Below, piece by piece: positions 25,606-41,802 of a stretch of 64,000 bases of DNA (positions are counted from its first letter, which is position 1; every line of letters starts with the position of its first letter). The notes below the pieces were generated by a model. It did not search any database. It was given only the letters and a program-made list of their open reading frames with translations, and was not told the DNA's origin. The DNA is from Octopus vulgaris (taxonomy: Eukaryota), in the NCBI GenBank assembly GCA_951406725.2, contig OX597814.1:174096001-174160000 (forward strand), in the 5' to 3' direction. The position numbers and the translations under genes were made by a program.

Positions 25606-27079
25606 GTTAGTAGCTTGTCTTAATTTACACCAAAACGAAATATTGTTCTCTGTTGGTTGTGAAATACATTGCTGCAGACAGGCGCGGGCATGGCTGTGTG
25701 GTTAGGGAGCTTGCTTCCAAGCTAAATGGTTTCGGGTTCAGTCCCACCACGTGGCACCTTGGGCAAGTGTCTTCTGCTATAGCCCCGGGCCGACCGAAGC
25801 TTTGTGATTGAATTCGGTCGGCGGAAGTTACTGCCGTGTGTGTATATATGCGTGTAGGTGCTTGTGCCTCTCCGAAAGAGAGAGAGGGGATTTAGGGAAT
25901 TCCTGACAACTGAAATATATTTAGACAGTATATGCCAGCATGGTAAATGATGATGAAGATGGTGTCATGTACACAAACTTTTTTATATCATACACATATT
26001 GATATAGAAAACATATCATTCATCAATATCTTACATCTATTTTCCCATGCTGATATGTGTTAGACTAATCTCACAGTTTCTCAGCAACTAGCATAGTCCT
26101 TCATTCTTCTGACTCAGCAACAGACCAAATCAGTTAACTGTGTTACATCTTTACTTTTGACATGGTTTTATAGCTGGATGCCCCTCTTATCACCAACCTC
26201 TTAGAGCATGTGGAGGGTGTGTATTGTCTCCATTTGTTCTTTCCTTTTCAGCATAGTTTTACAGTGGGGTACCCTTCCTAACACAAATCACTTTACAGTG
26301 TCAGCTATGTTCATACTCATAAAATCCATAACAATTACTATACGTTTAGATTTAGCAAATAATCAAATCATTGATTAGTAGTGACAGGCATTTATAGCTG
26401 GTAAATGTCATACAATTCGTCTTCACTTGACTCACTTGTTGATATACTGTTGATGAAATGCAAACCCAATAACTTTATATTCTGATATCAGATTCTCCAT
26501 TATGCTAACAAAGTGTCTTAAAGGCAATACAGATCTGATGTCTGAATAAGAAATGGTTGAGCCAACTACTGACCAGGCATTTGGTTAGATTCTGTTGGCT
26601 TGTCAAAACATCTATTTTATAACTTAGTTGCTGCCATAAACCTGACACACACAGCTAACTAGCAACTGTTTTATGCCAACTGATGGTCTATGCATGACAT
26701 GGACGAATACACAGTCCTACAGGTGTGATAATATCTAAGGTTACAGTTTCACAGCTAGCTGCACACAAATTGACAGGGTTATAAGAAAGTAAAACATACC
26801 ACTTTCTCTCTATCTCCTTCCCACTCACTTGTTCTCTTCAATTTCTAAACTTGTCTGTTGAGAAGAGGTTGCCATTCATTTAGAATTATTTTCAGGAATT
26901 AATCCCATTGGCAGTTTCTGATAACTATTGCAGATAGATGTGTCTTCTGGATCAAAGATATCTAGTTGTCTGTTCCTTATTTTCAAGAACCTATTGGATA
27001 ATGATATTCATTCTTGTTTACTATGTTTGGTTTCATTTTGTGTGAGCATATGATGCTTTTACACTGATAGTATAAACGC

Positions 27080-27198
27080 TGGAAGGTAAAGTTGACCACA
27101 GTGGCATTTGAACTCAGAATGTGAAGAGCTGGAAAAAATACTGCTTATCATTTTGTCCAACACATGAACAATTCTACCAACTCACTGCCTTAAAACAA

Positions 27199-27238
<40 letters not shown>

Positions 27239-27670
27239 TTTATATTTATGCTGCTGCTTTAGGATACAAAGATAGAAATTTTAGAAGAGTGGAGGTTAAC
27301 TGATTACCCCCACCTCACTCCTCACTAGTGTACTTAGCTGGTACTTTATTTTATTGACTACAGAGAGATGAAAGGCAAAATCAACTCAGAACATAAACAA
27401 AAAAAGTGGCAGTCAACATATGACAAGATACTTTGTCTGATGCATTTACAATTCTACCCAATAATAATAATAATAATTTCAAATTTTGACAAAAGGCCAG
27501 CAATTTTGAGGGAGAGGATAAGTCAACTACATCAATCCGCCAATGTTCAACTGGTACTTATTTTATCAACCCTGAAAAGATGAAAGACAGAGTCAGCTTT
27601 GGTGGAATTCGAACTCAGAGCACAATGATGGACAAATTGCCACTAAGCATTTTGACTACTTTGCCAACTT
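27080..27670 (-). mobile_element. Cluster of SINE family B copies upstream of exon E
   Basis: Three reverse copies with ggtactt...ccctgaaaagatgaaag...gaactcaga, separated by (ATT)n/(AAT)n. Confidence 0.6.
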
Positions 27671-27823
27671 AATAATAATAGTTGTTGTTCTCTTGGTTTG
27701 TATTTCTTTTTATTTGTGTATTGAATTATTCCTTTTGTTTTTCTTTACTATCATAAAATATTGTTTTTGTTTTTTTTTTTTGTTTTTTTTATAATAAACT
27801 CTAATTTTCCATTACTCCTACAG

Positions 27824-27988
27824 AAACATTGTAAGAATAACTTTTCACCAAATGTTTCTGAAGTGAAAAATTGCAAACATGAAGTGCGGATTCTCCAAGA
27901 AGAACTGATGACAGTAAGGATAAGGGAAGCCCAGTCTCTCTCAGCTCTGAAAGAGATGAAACAAAAAGTGATGGAACTGGAAACACAG
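27824..27988 (+). CDS. EVI5: EVI5 exon E: KHCKNN...LQEELMTVRIREAQ...KQKVMELETQ
   Basis: Acceptor ttactcctacag, donor CAG|gtaaag, 165 nt, phase 0/0; coiled-coil repeat 3. Confidence 0.95.
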
Positions 27989-28619
27989 GTAAAGACATGA
28001 AAAGGAGCAATTCCAATGAAATCCCTCTTCCTCCACACTCTCTCCTCTTCTAAAATTAACATGACACACTCCACTATATCCAGCCTTCCAATCACCATAG
28101 TGTTCTCATTGTAATGTTCTGAAACAACAAGCAAAATTATATGTAGAAAAAGAAAATTTTTGTCCACTTTTCTAACTTTGTCTCAGTTTTGTATATTCCA
28201 GTCCTAACTTTGATATGACCTTTTTACTTTTATTTGAATCTTCTCAATTAATTTAATGAGAATAATATCATTCCTGCCCATATTAGCATAATAAAATTTG
28301 TAAAGACTTACAATTGCGCAATCACATCCCAACCAGTTGATTTCTTTGAAGTGTGTGTAGTATGTTTGAATTCTAATATTTTAACATAGAAGTATGGGTG
28401 CTTTGAAAAGTTGTTTTCAGAATGCTAAATCATGAAACTTATGTTACTAATAATGTTCATGATGTTTTTGTAATTCTGTGTGGTATGAGACAAAGACAGA
28501 TATATATAAAAAAAAATTGGGGTATTTTCTGTGTCTCTATAGTATTACTAAATATTGATGTCAGCTAATTTAAGGACAGTTATCTTGATTTATTTAATCA
28601 CTTGCTATATAGAACATTT

Positions 28620-28848
28620 AAGCCGGTGAGCAGAAACGTTAGCACGCCGGGCAAAATGCTTAGCGGTATTTCGTCTGCCGTTACGTTCTGAGTTCAAATT
28701 CCGCCGAGGTCAACTTTGCCTTTCATCCTTTCAGGGTCGATAAATTAAGTACCAGTTACGCACTGGGGTCGATGTAATTGACTTAATCTGTTTATCCCCT
28801 GTATGTTTAGCCCCTTGTGGGTAATAAAGAAATATATATACATATACT
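28620..28848 (+). mobile_element. Young SINE family B with 12-bp TSD
   Basis: CpG-rich copy flanked by tatagaacattt at 28608-28619 and 28849-28860. Confidence 0.85.
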
Positions 28849-28989
28849 TATAGAACATTTTTTTTTAATAATAAGTTTAATTTCAAAAATTTTGAATTAC
28901 CCTAATGTAATTATTGACAGTAACGATTACACAATAAAAATAAACGTTAAAATATTTAAGACATTTGTTTTCAATAAAATGGAATGTTT

Positions 28990-29730
28990 ATCAAGAAAAA
29001 TGAAATCATATTTTACTATTATGAGGCTGAGTACCCAAAATTTCTCAAAGAAGGATCACGTCAAGTTTGCTGATCAAATCTGGAATATCTTTCCATTTTT
29101 TTTACTATATAATGATGCAATTTGCTCAGTATCCTGTATTTCCTTTGTTGTATACTCATCTTGACCAATTTTTATAAGTTTTTCTATTCGATTTAAATTT
29201 AAGGATTTTGTTGGTGATTGAGGCATTTGGATTTTCTTGCAATTGATAAATTCTTTGATTACTTTTGAAGTATGCTTTAGATTGTTGTCATGCCAAAATA
29301 GCCATGGCTGACTCAAATAACTCTTAGCATTTGGAAGCATAGTTGCTCTAAGGTCTCTAGTTAGGATGTCTTTTTCATAATGTCTTTGATATATGAGACT
29401 AAACCTATTTTGTAGATATGCAGTATGACATTACCCTCACTATGCATAACTGTTGGATTCTTGCAGATTGAGTGAAATCTGAGTGCAATGTTGGATGTAC
29501 ACTCAAATGTCAGAGCCAAATTTAATTGAATTTGGACTCATCTGATCCAGAGATTTTTTTTTTTTTTTTTAATAGTCTAATGATGTCCAAATCTTATGCT
29601 TCTGAGCAAATTGACTGCAAACACCCCCTTTTCTTCAAAGAAATATTTGCTTTTGTACATACAATATGTCTCACAAACTCATACTGCTTTAGTTGGCTTT
29701 TGATGATGTCGCCACCAATTTTCACATAAC
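28990..29730 (-). mobile_element. Decayed Tc1 (DD34E-type) transposase
   Basis: SDESKF and WHDNNLKHTSK...SLNLNRIEKL (cf. QQDNDPKH...SPDLNPIENL). Confidence 0.75.
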
Positions 29731-30619
29731 GTTTCTGTCAAATGTCATGCAAAATATTGACAACAGTCATTTTCCTGGTCTTCATCAATAAATGTTGAAT
29801 GTATTGGTCTACTCTTTTACTAGGTTTTTTTTTTCTCTTCCCCCAACTAAACAGATCATATACAGTCAGAATAGCTACTAGTTTTATTGAAGATGTTTTA
29901 AGCTTAGCAAGCAATGATTAGACTCAAAATTTCCACTTTGGCTCAATCAAGCTGCACAATTCTCAGTTGCATTTCTGTTGTACTTTTTTTTAATACCCAT
30001 CACAACAGATCTTATGAACGATATACTCATATAATTATTAACAGTTTGTCTTACTTAGAATATAGTATTGAATATTAAAATACTTTTTTCCCAAAATGTT
30101 TTAAAATTAAGTAGCGTTCATTTTTGTAGTTTGATTAGTGCTGTTATTAATTTGCATGTTTAAACTTGCATAATTTAAAAGAGTAAACAGTTTCTTTCTC
30201 TTCATATATAGTTTAAATTGTAAATGATTAAATAAATAAAAGAAACTGACATTTAGTTGTCAGTATATTCTTGTCCTTAAACTAAGTGACTCTGTATACT
30301 TTTTTTATATAAGTATATAGGCATAAATAATTTTGTGTGTATGTGTGTGTATATATATATATATAGCTTTATAAGAAGAAAGCTGACTGTCAACCTTTTC
30401 CTTGTAAAAGTTAATAAATATGTACTCTACAAAAAAGGATTGAGTAATCCTTCAGTTAAATGTTAAATTGTTTTTATATAATTTCACATAAAATACGGAA
30501 AACACGTATGATATTCAATGCTTTATATAACCTACACACATTTCAGCAAATTATTGTCAAGATAGCATAATTGTTGTTGAAACATATAATCTTGCAAAAT
30601 ACTTCTTCAGTGCTCAGCA

Positions 30620-31530
30620 CTGCACTGGATTTAGAAGTGGAGTGTGGCATCCTCTACTGAGCCCAAAATCAATTCAACAAAGAGAATTTCTAACACCTTG
30701 ATATCACCCAGATTACTTAATAAGGCCCTTATTTTGACTATAAAGATTTCATATATCACATAAGATGAGATTAATATTATTCTGTGGGCTAGGAGAACTC
30801 TAATTTCTTTTCAAGGTGACCTTTGGCATTGACACTTCTAGGACCAATGAGTTTGACATAATAGGGTTTTTTGGATTCCGCCCAGGTTACTGAGCTTGTT
30901 AGTCTATATGTACTCTACCAGCCGAGGGAGAATGTTCCAAATCTGAGGTGGGAAGGGGCAGACTTTATAGGGATTAGCTCACCTAATCACTTCTGAATGT
31001 TCCCTGTGTGTGCTGGAGAGGCTTAGAAAACTTCTCCACTCTTTTTCCAAAGCACCAATCTTTCAGTGTCTTTTGCAAAATGGAGTAAGAAGTTCCAGCT
31101 TTCTAGACATAACATATCTAAATCCAGGACTATTTTATACATATTACAAATCTACAAAAGCTTCAATAATGTTCAAAGACATTCTTGCCATCCCAGGTGT
31201 GTCTTCGGCACATTAGTTCAGAATATCTTAATTAGGGCCTCCAACCTTTCTACTAACAAGCATATCTTCTACAAAAGGTATTGTTGAACACCGAAGAGGT
31301 GAGTTGCCACTTTATATAATGTTTCAGTCGCAATTATATAATCATGACAGTAATTTGACAAAATGTGTGTATGCTTTATATGGCATTGACTACCATACCA
31401 GGTTTTTGTTGTTTATTAATACTACAATATGGCTCATATTCCACACACTAGCATATCTCAAGGTTTGATGTCCCACATCATACCACACTGGCTATAGGAA
31501 TGGAGTGTTGGATCCTCCACTGAGCCCAGA
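30620..31530. mobile_element. Penelope-like retroelement remnant with terminal direct repeats
   Basis: + strand FLDIT...GLFY...HPRCVFGTLVQNILIRASNLS. Direct repeats of ~45 bp (cactgg...ctgagccca) at 30623 and 31486. Confidence 0.55.
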
Positions 31531-31633
31531 CTTTGGTTATATGTTGCACTTCACAGTACATATATTCTATAATGTGTATGTGGAAGCTATAGACATATAT
31601 TAGATGCCATGCACCTATATTTATGTCTATATA

Positions 31634-31671
<38 letters not shown>

Positions 31672-32745
31672 ACCGGTGTATTTATGCATTTGGATAGCAT
31701 AAACATATCTTTACACTAGCATACAAGTTTGTATGTATGAAACATTTTTTTAATTGTTTGATTGTTTATGATATTGTTGTAAGTACTGCAATATGGCACT
31801 AAGTTCTCTATAATGTGACTTAGATTTTTCAATAAGAACCACTTCATATATGACACAATTAGCTTTGGTAGAGGCGTAAAGATCACAGTCTTCTGTTACC
31901 ATCTCCCACCTATAGATTTGATGTAGAAAAGATTTTAGAAGTTTATTGGTGTGGATCTACTAACAAGCATTTGTGTGTGAATTTTAGTGCTTTATTTAAG
32001 ACATTAGGAGAATGTAATATGAGAAAGAAACTAAAATTATGAACCTATGAAACAAGTAACATCTTCAGGTCAAATTTGTTTATAATGTTAATATTTGTGC
32101 CCCACCCTGCCATTCCTCCATATGTTTTTACTGACTTTTTCAATTGACTGCCATCCACAGACATATATATATATATATATATATATACATAAAAAGGCAT
32201 GTTCACCTACATAGATATACATACTTATAGAAAATATATGGCCCCCTCATACATATCAGGGAAATGCATATTATGTATAGAAAAATATGTAGCCTCTTGT
32301 ATGCATAAACATAGAAAGGTATGTTGTTTCTCATATACATATATTATGTCACATAAATGCAGGAAAGCATAGCCTGTCTTAGAATCACACACACGCACAC
32401 ACACAAACAGAGAAGCATATAACTCTCTTACATACATACACACACAGACATATTCATTCTGTTATATTCTTACTGCTATTACATACATATATATGTGCAT
32501 ACATACACTAACATATCATATGCTTTTAGAGAGGCATTATGATGTACATTATACATACAGGCTCACATACACACACTAAAATACATTGCCTTGTTTATTT
32601 TGTTATATACACTTATATTATCATACACACACAACCTCCCACAGATATTGCCCTTACTTCACAATATATGTAAGTAAACTCTTTACAAATATACCATTAC
32701 AAACATAACTATATTCACACACTATTCTATAAATAATATTTTAGG

Positions 32746-32776
<31 letters not shown>

Positions 32777-33589
32777 TTTGAGGTTTTGTATTTAAATACA
32801 TGTCAGTTTTTAACCCATGCCTACAAAGATAATTTCCCTCCTCATCCACTACCTGGACAATAAAACATCACAATGATGATGATGATGTGACAATTTTGAT
32901 AATGATTGTATCTATTCATTCAAATACAAAACGAATTTTAAGTGATTCAGTCACATTTAATGGTTGTGTATTTATCACATATATATACTTTAATGTTATA
33001 CCTTTTTGATGCTTTTTCCTTCTCTCTCTTTCTCTCACGTATGTGTGTGGGGGGACATTTCGTTCTACTTTCTTCCTTTTCTTTTTTCACACTCTTTTTT
33101 TCCCTCATACATAGCAAATATAAATATTTGAGAGATAGCACTAACTATTCATTTCCCTTACCTATTTTAATCTTTATTTCTGTTGTTAGTCAGCAGTGTG
33201 CTGTTTTCTTGTATATAAGTGCTGTTATATGTTTATACACAATTCAATCAACTATCTGTGAATGCTCCCCTTGCAAAAACAATCTCTTATTGACAAGCAC
33301 TTTCTTTGCTTGTAGCTGTTTCCTAGTTATCTTTTAAAATCGAGTGCTTTCTATTGTGGCCTCAGGATGACCAAGACCTTGTGTGTTGAAAAAATTTGGT
33401 TGATGGAAACATGTGAAAGCCTGATGTGTGTGTGTGGGTTTGGGTGTCTGTTTATGTTCACCGGTCTTAATCTGTGCCAAGATACACCCTGTTGTGCCAG
33501 TAACTGAAACTTTGTTATAATAGATATTAATAAATTAAGTTTAGTGCATTAGTTCAACAAGCACACACAAGTGTGTGTGTGTATACATA

Positions 33590-36300
33590 AATGTTAGCAT
33601 CATCTGCATCCACCAACTCTTAGATTGTTGCAGTTCATCAAACAATTTTTTTACCATTTTTTTAATTATTTCTGTCTATTGTTGATCTTCTCAAATCAAT
33701 TGTTGCATCTTCAATCCTGTTATCTCCAAGATGATATCAAACCCAGGTTTTCCAAGTCCTTTTTTTAGAAGCTTTCCCACTGATCAAAAAATTTTCTAGA
33801 GACCATTTACCTCAATGACATGCCAAAATTTCTAAGATTTTGCATGCCTTTTTTTACAAGGCTTAATTCAATTATAATTTGGTTTAACTTATACTGACCC
33901 CTTTTTTTTCCTTTCTGGCTAATTCTAAGCATTCTTTTGTAACACCAAACTGAAAAACTCTGTTTTTCTATCATTTCCTCCTGCCCCACTTTTTTTTCTT
34001 AAATTCAGTTTTCAAATGTTTTGGGGAATATTGAAGTGTGCAGCTCTTTTGAAATTGATGAGTTTTTGTGGGTTTTTTTTTGTTTTTCTGAATGAAGTCT
34101 TTCAAGATTTTGCTTTTACAATTCTTTTTATTTCTTTCCTGTCATCACTCTGATTTGTAAAAATATTTCCAGTTTTACAAAACTCATACATGACTGTGAT
34201 AGTTTGTTATCAGTTGTAAAGGATTAATTTGATCATTATGCTTGTAAGATAATTATTGATTTAGTTATGTCAAAATTAATGAATTCTCCTTTATTTTATT
34301 CAACTAAATCTCAATTCTCTTAAGCTTCTCGCAGTAAGAACAGCATCAGTATACCTGTGATTCAGGACCATTTTTAGCTTTTCTTCATACACTCTGCATA
34401 GATGTTAAACAAAGAAAGAATAAGAATACTTTCTTGCCATACCCCAACCACTCAATCTCAAATTCATTCATTCAGCAAAACCCACCTTTAGTTTTGACAG
34501 TTGCTGTTTGCTGAGAATAAAGTGATAGTAATAAGTCTATAAAATGTTGTGCAACTGTCAGTGACCATAATTGTCATCAATAACTGTGTTGAAAAATTTT
34601 TGATACTCAATACAAGCAATAAAAAAATTCATCGGGCTCTCTAGTTTTCTGAATAATCATCTTTAGATTAGAAACAACCTTCGGTTTTTTCCCAACTTCT
34701 TGTTCTGCTATTTCCATTTCATTATTTGATTTTAGTTCTGTTGAAAATGGTCTTAAGCGGGGTGTTATTAGCATGACTTATCAGTACAACTGTTCTTTTT
34801 TGTGTGTTTTTTTTTTTTTTGTATGGCAGTGGGATGTAAATTGTTTTAGTTCCATTTTTTGTACAGATTGATATGTCGCCTGTTCCAAAACATTTGTTAT
34901 TTTTCAGATACTTTTTTGCTTTCTCTTTATGTTTGTTTTACTCTTCAGATTCTCTTTTCATAATGCAATTTTGACTTATCATTTTGGTGTCTTCTTGTAT
35001 AAAGCTGTCCCAGTATTCTTCTCATCACAAATCTTTTATATCTTAGCTATCATAAAGCATATTACCCTCTTTGTTTAAGCATCATCTCTTAGTGAAATTT
35101 TATTGTTACTAACTTCTTTGTAAAGATTTTTTTTTGTAGATGTTTGTTCTTGAATTTTTTTTTCAATACCATCATAAACCTTGATATTTTCTTATCTTTT
35201 TTCACAATGGTTTGAATTTAATATCATTCATTAAATTTTGATGTTCTATTGCTATTCTATCAATTTTATCAAATGTCTTATCTGTTAACCACTTCACTGT
35301 TTTGTTGTTATTGTTTTTCTTTGGTAATATTTTTTCTACTACTTCCTGCAATTGCATTTTTAGCTTTATTCCAGTTTTTCTGAGTGTAATTTTTTTTCCT
35401 TTGCTTTACCAAAGTTCTTTATATTTTATTAAAGAAATTCCAACCTTATATTCATTTCAAATGCTTTGCAAGCTTATATCTTCTTCATATTTTAATCTTT
35501 TTATTGCTGTTAGGATGCAATTTAACTTTCACAAACAAATAAGTTAGTGGTCACTGTTGCAGCCAGCACCTGGATATGTTTTACCTTTTTTTAACGCTAT
35601 TTTTCCACTACTGTTGCATTATAAAATAATGTAACTGATTATGAACGTTGTAATAAATCAAAATTCAAGTGTAAGGGCATCTATGATACCGTTAAAACCA
35701 TTTATTAGAAATCAACTAAACAGCTTCTTTGATACTTAATGTCTTAACCAAAATTGCCCAAAGCTGTTGATTTTTTATTAGTTTTCTTGCCTCAGCATAT
35801 TTCCAATCAGAATGGCAATATCTTTTAGGGATGAGATCAATTTCTTCTTAAAGTACATCATAGTATCTATCTATCTCATCCTTAATTATGATAGAGTATA
35901 AGAAATGGTTGTGAGGTTAAAGATTTTCTTCTAAGTCTGATCTTTATTATCCTATTGTTAACTGGTTTATTTCCAGACAAAGACTTTATGATGGTTATAT
36001 TCAGAATAACAACAATCGCATATCCATAACCACTGTTGCTTTTAGAGTGAATTTTACCATTTTCTGTTGTAAAATAGTGCTTCTCTGTTTGTCTTGTTTC
36101 TGAAAGTTCAGCCAAAGATATTTCATAACTGTTCCTATTATTGGATATTAGTTATAGTCTACCAATTTGATGTAAATGTCTTATTCCAGGTGTCAATTTT
36201 CATTTCATGTCTAAGGTGGGGTTTGAAATTTTGATCAAAACATCAACAAGTTAACATTACTTTCTTGATTTCTTCTTGTTGTTAAGCAACAAGACAGGTA
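33590..36300 (-). mobile_element. Long decayed RTE-clade LINE
   Basis: Minus-strand remnants LSETRQ (endonuclease), GVWQESILILSLFNIYAE (RT) and FSVWCYKRMLRIS (C-terminus) in colinear order. Confidence 0.7.
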
Positions 36301-37089
36301 AGGGTGATTAGGTGATGGTCTAGGGCTTAGGGGCAGGAGACCCCAGACCTTGGAAAAAAATACTTTGGTCGTCTTGTTGTAGTCAAGGGCTCTTCGTTGA
36401 CGCCTGACACCACTGGGAGGTGGCCCTCGAAGTCGCTGGAAATGGAGATCTCCAGGTCCAAATTCTTGAACGGCTGATTTCTTCTGCTAACCTCAGCCCC
36501 AATAATTAAACTGCTATCAAGGCCGTCTACAAATCTCAACTTGCAACATCACAATGAGATTTCTTTGAAGATTCTTTGTCATTCAATTCCTCTGAAGAGC
36601 TTGAAAAAAGTGTATGTGTATGTGTGTGTGTGTGTGTGTGTGTATGTGTGTGTGTTAGTAGGGTCTCCTATCCTTTATGACTTCCTTCCAACAAGAATGT
36701 TTAGTCACTGCTACTATCTTATAAATCTAAGATAATGGTTCTGTATTAGAATGTTCTTGTTTTAGATTACTTATAATCCAAGACTAATATGTCTAATCTC
36801 TCCTGAGATGGATTTTGAATATGAAGATTTTATCTCATGCCAAGATATTTACAAATAGCTAAAGTTAGCATCCAGAGCCAGTTAGTCACATCCGCATGCC
36901 AGTTAGTTGCTCTTCTTCCTGCACAGCTCTTGCTTACTTAACTATTACCACTTCTGTGTGGACTTACCTAATTATAGGAGCATTGGCTGAAAATCAATGA
37001 TATGAGGTTTTGTTGAGAGAGTTAAAGACAGCAGAATGCTAGTTTTGTGTACATGCGTGTGTGTGTTCAATGAGATTATTATTATTTGA

Positions 37090-37600
37090 GAATGAAACCA
37101 AGAAATGGTTCTATCAAGTAGTGGTTGAAGGTCTTTGTCAGATTGTTGAGTGTCACAAAATTCTGTTGGTTGTAGACTTCATTGCTAGAGTGGAACAGAA
37201 CAACAGGCTATGGTGGAGAATATCTGGTGGTTGTGATATTGACAAGATAAATACAATTGGTACAATTCTACTTTGTGTTTACCTTAAACATTACCTCACT
37301 AAAACCAGCACCTTTCTTCCAACAGACCAAAAAGATATTTGTTCCAAGCATTGTCACATGACTGATTTTTTTTTGCGAGATGTCATGGCATTAAAAATGT
37401 TTTCATTGTTCATACCATCAGAGGCACAGAGTACTGAACCAGCCATTGAAAGAGTGTGGCCAAGTTCCATATGAAAATGCATCCTCCCTTGAGGCTACAG
37501 AAGCTTTACAAAAAGACTGCCTACAAAACATAAAATTAGTATTAATGCCTCAGAACTGAGAAATTAAGGGTGTTGGAATTCTGTCTAAGTTCAGAAAATA
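37090..37600 (+). mobile_element. LINE APE-endonuclease fragment (RTE-like)
   Basis: FYQ...KILLVVDFIARV...LTKTSTF resembles GDFNARVG...LTNTxF. Confidence 0.6.
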
Positions 37601-38916
37601 CTGTGAAACAACATTGGACCTATATCAGTTCTCCTTTCCATTAGGCAGTAGCATAAGAACCACCAAGATTGGCTTGAAGATATCTTGGATATCATCCAGA
37701 ACTTGTTTAAGGACATGCGCAAAGCACGCCCAGCAACTTTGGGCAGCCCTTCACCCAGTGATGTCATTCAATCCCTCTGTCTCCCAATTCAAACAATTTC
37801 TGTGGATTTTGGAGTCCTTCTTTAGGAAAGGCACAACATTTTTGTACCTCTCTCTTTGTGTTAATTTAAAATCTTGTGTATAGATTTTGCTGCTCCTTTT
37901 TTTTTTGTTGATAATCATGTTCTTCAGTCACAAACCAATCTTGATGGAACGCACCTGTTGTCGAAAGCATACTTTTGTAGACTCATTCTTCTTCTTAAGA
38001 TAGATGTTTAGGTGCGATAAGGAAATATGGCTGCTACTCGAGTTCTTTGATGGCACAGTTATAACTGTCTTCTGATTTAGTCTCTTGCAAGCTTTCTTTG
38101 ATTGAATTATTTGATTCCTGTTATAAAATTTTACTAGATGAATATTCTAGTTTATATATTGTTGTCAACATGTTTGTTAAAGGGATTTGTTGTTGTTGTT
38201 TTTAACGTTCTTGACATTACAGTTGTTTATTCATCATGTCTCGGGTAATCCTGGTTATGGAGTTGTTATTGGTTATTTATCTAGCTAAAGTATCTGTGAT
38301 ATCAAAAATAGTTTGGTTTGTTTCCAATAACTAGTCTTCCTTCATTATTTCAATGTTTATGATTTTTTTCATTCACAAAAAACTTTAAGCTTTCAACCCC
38401 TAGTTTTCATTTTATAACAAAACAATGATAATTGTACCTCTACTACTGTTAATCATAATAATTATGTTGATATAGATCAGTGTTGATAATGAATAATAAC
38501 AGTAAAAGGAACATTTTGTTTAGTGTTGTATTCTTCAAAGATTTTTTTTTTTCCTTACTTCTACTCTTTATCAATGTCCAATTTATAGCGCCTCATTCTG
38601 CTGAGTTATTTTTTTTCTTCTAATTTTTACATCACATTCTTCCTGGCCATTCAAACTCTTGTTAATATTTGTTCTTCCATTTCTTTATTTTAATAACCAG
38701 ATTCTTATCAAACAAAACTTTTAATTTCCAAAATCTTTTTTGTAAAGAATTTATTTATTTTTAATAAATTTCAATATTACTTTTGTGAGGGATCATTGAA
38801 TCAATTACTTATAAGCAGTTTTGAGAGAGAAAATATATTATTTGTATTCTCTTCATTATACACATTTTTGAATTAATGCAGTTAAATTGCTTATATTTTT
38901 TCCCTTCTCTCCACAA

Positions 38917-38947
<31 letters not shown>

Positions 38948-38958
38948 AAAATATTGCT

Positions 38959-39185
38959 TTAACCCTTTAGCATTTAAATTAGCCATATTTGGTCCACATA
39001 TCTACCTGACCTGCATTCAGATTGGCCAGATTCAGCCATTTTCAACTACCCTACTGAGTCATTTTAAAAATAAACAATCACATCATCAAAATCTCAATGC
39101 TACAATATAATGCATGTTCTATTCAAAACAATCTGAATAAATAAGCATTACATTTGACTGAGTAATCTGGATGCTGAAGGGTTAA
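38959..39185 (-). mobile_element. piggyBac-type MITE family 2
   Basis: TTAA-CCCT ends; reverse orientation relative to 24003. Confidence 0.8.
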
Positions 39186-39784
39186 AAAATTTTTTAATTT
39201 CTTAAATTACGCAATTACATTTTGAAACAAACTCTACAGTGTAATTTACATATGTTACGATTATAGATGCTATAAAGTAGTATTATGTAAATAGTGACGA
39301 AAAATTTAAGTTTTCAAGATGAAACTAAATAAATTGACTTTTTTTTAAAAAATTTCTTTTGGGGTAAGGGGGTGGGTAGAAGGCCGTTTGATACATGCTT
39401 AACTCAAAACAGAAAATATTTTTCTTGTTACAATTATTTTATCACATTTTTCTCTACATCATTTTACTTTTTCTTTTTTCAATTTCAAATTTCTTTTACT
39501 TTCGTTTTGCCGTATATTCGTACATAAATATGCACTCATAAGATGTGCATTCACATAACAAACATTACATCTTTATTCCATCAAACACTTCTGTACTTAC
39601 CTACCATTCCTTGTAATTTGTAACAAACAGTGTTAAATAAATTAATGTTAACCCGTTGAATGTCTTATTGTTTTCCTAACTGCTGCTTCACATTTTACTC
39701 TGCTTAATGCTCTGGAATCAGCTTGTTTGCTACCGCTCATGCTTAAATATCATACATTCTCTTTTTCTCTCTCTTTTCTCCTGT

Positions 39785-41369
<1,585 letters not shown>

Positions 41370-41802
41370 TAAGCAAGCATGGCATGGCTGTGTGATAAGA
41401 AGTTTGCTTTCCAAAAGCATTGTTTTGGGTTCAGTCCCACTGCATGGCACCTTGGGCAAGTGTCTTCTACAATGGCTGCTGCAGTCCAACCAAAGCTTTG
41501 TTCATGGATTTCATAGGATGAAACTAAAAGAAATCTCTTGTATGTATGTGGATGTGTTTATGTTTGTGTCCCCTTCTCGTGACATTGTGTGTGATAGTAG
41601 TAAATGAGTGTCACTGTCATAGAAGCCATGCCACTCATCTCCTTTATTCTGTGAAAACACACCAACTGATGGGGAAATACTACCTTCCTTGGAAACAGGA
41701 GAGGGCTGGCAACAGGAAGGGCATCCAACTGCAGAAAATCTCCGTTGATAGATGCTAATGTGGATATCATGAGGATAAAACACACACACACACACGCGCG
41801 CA

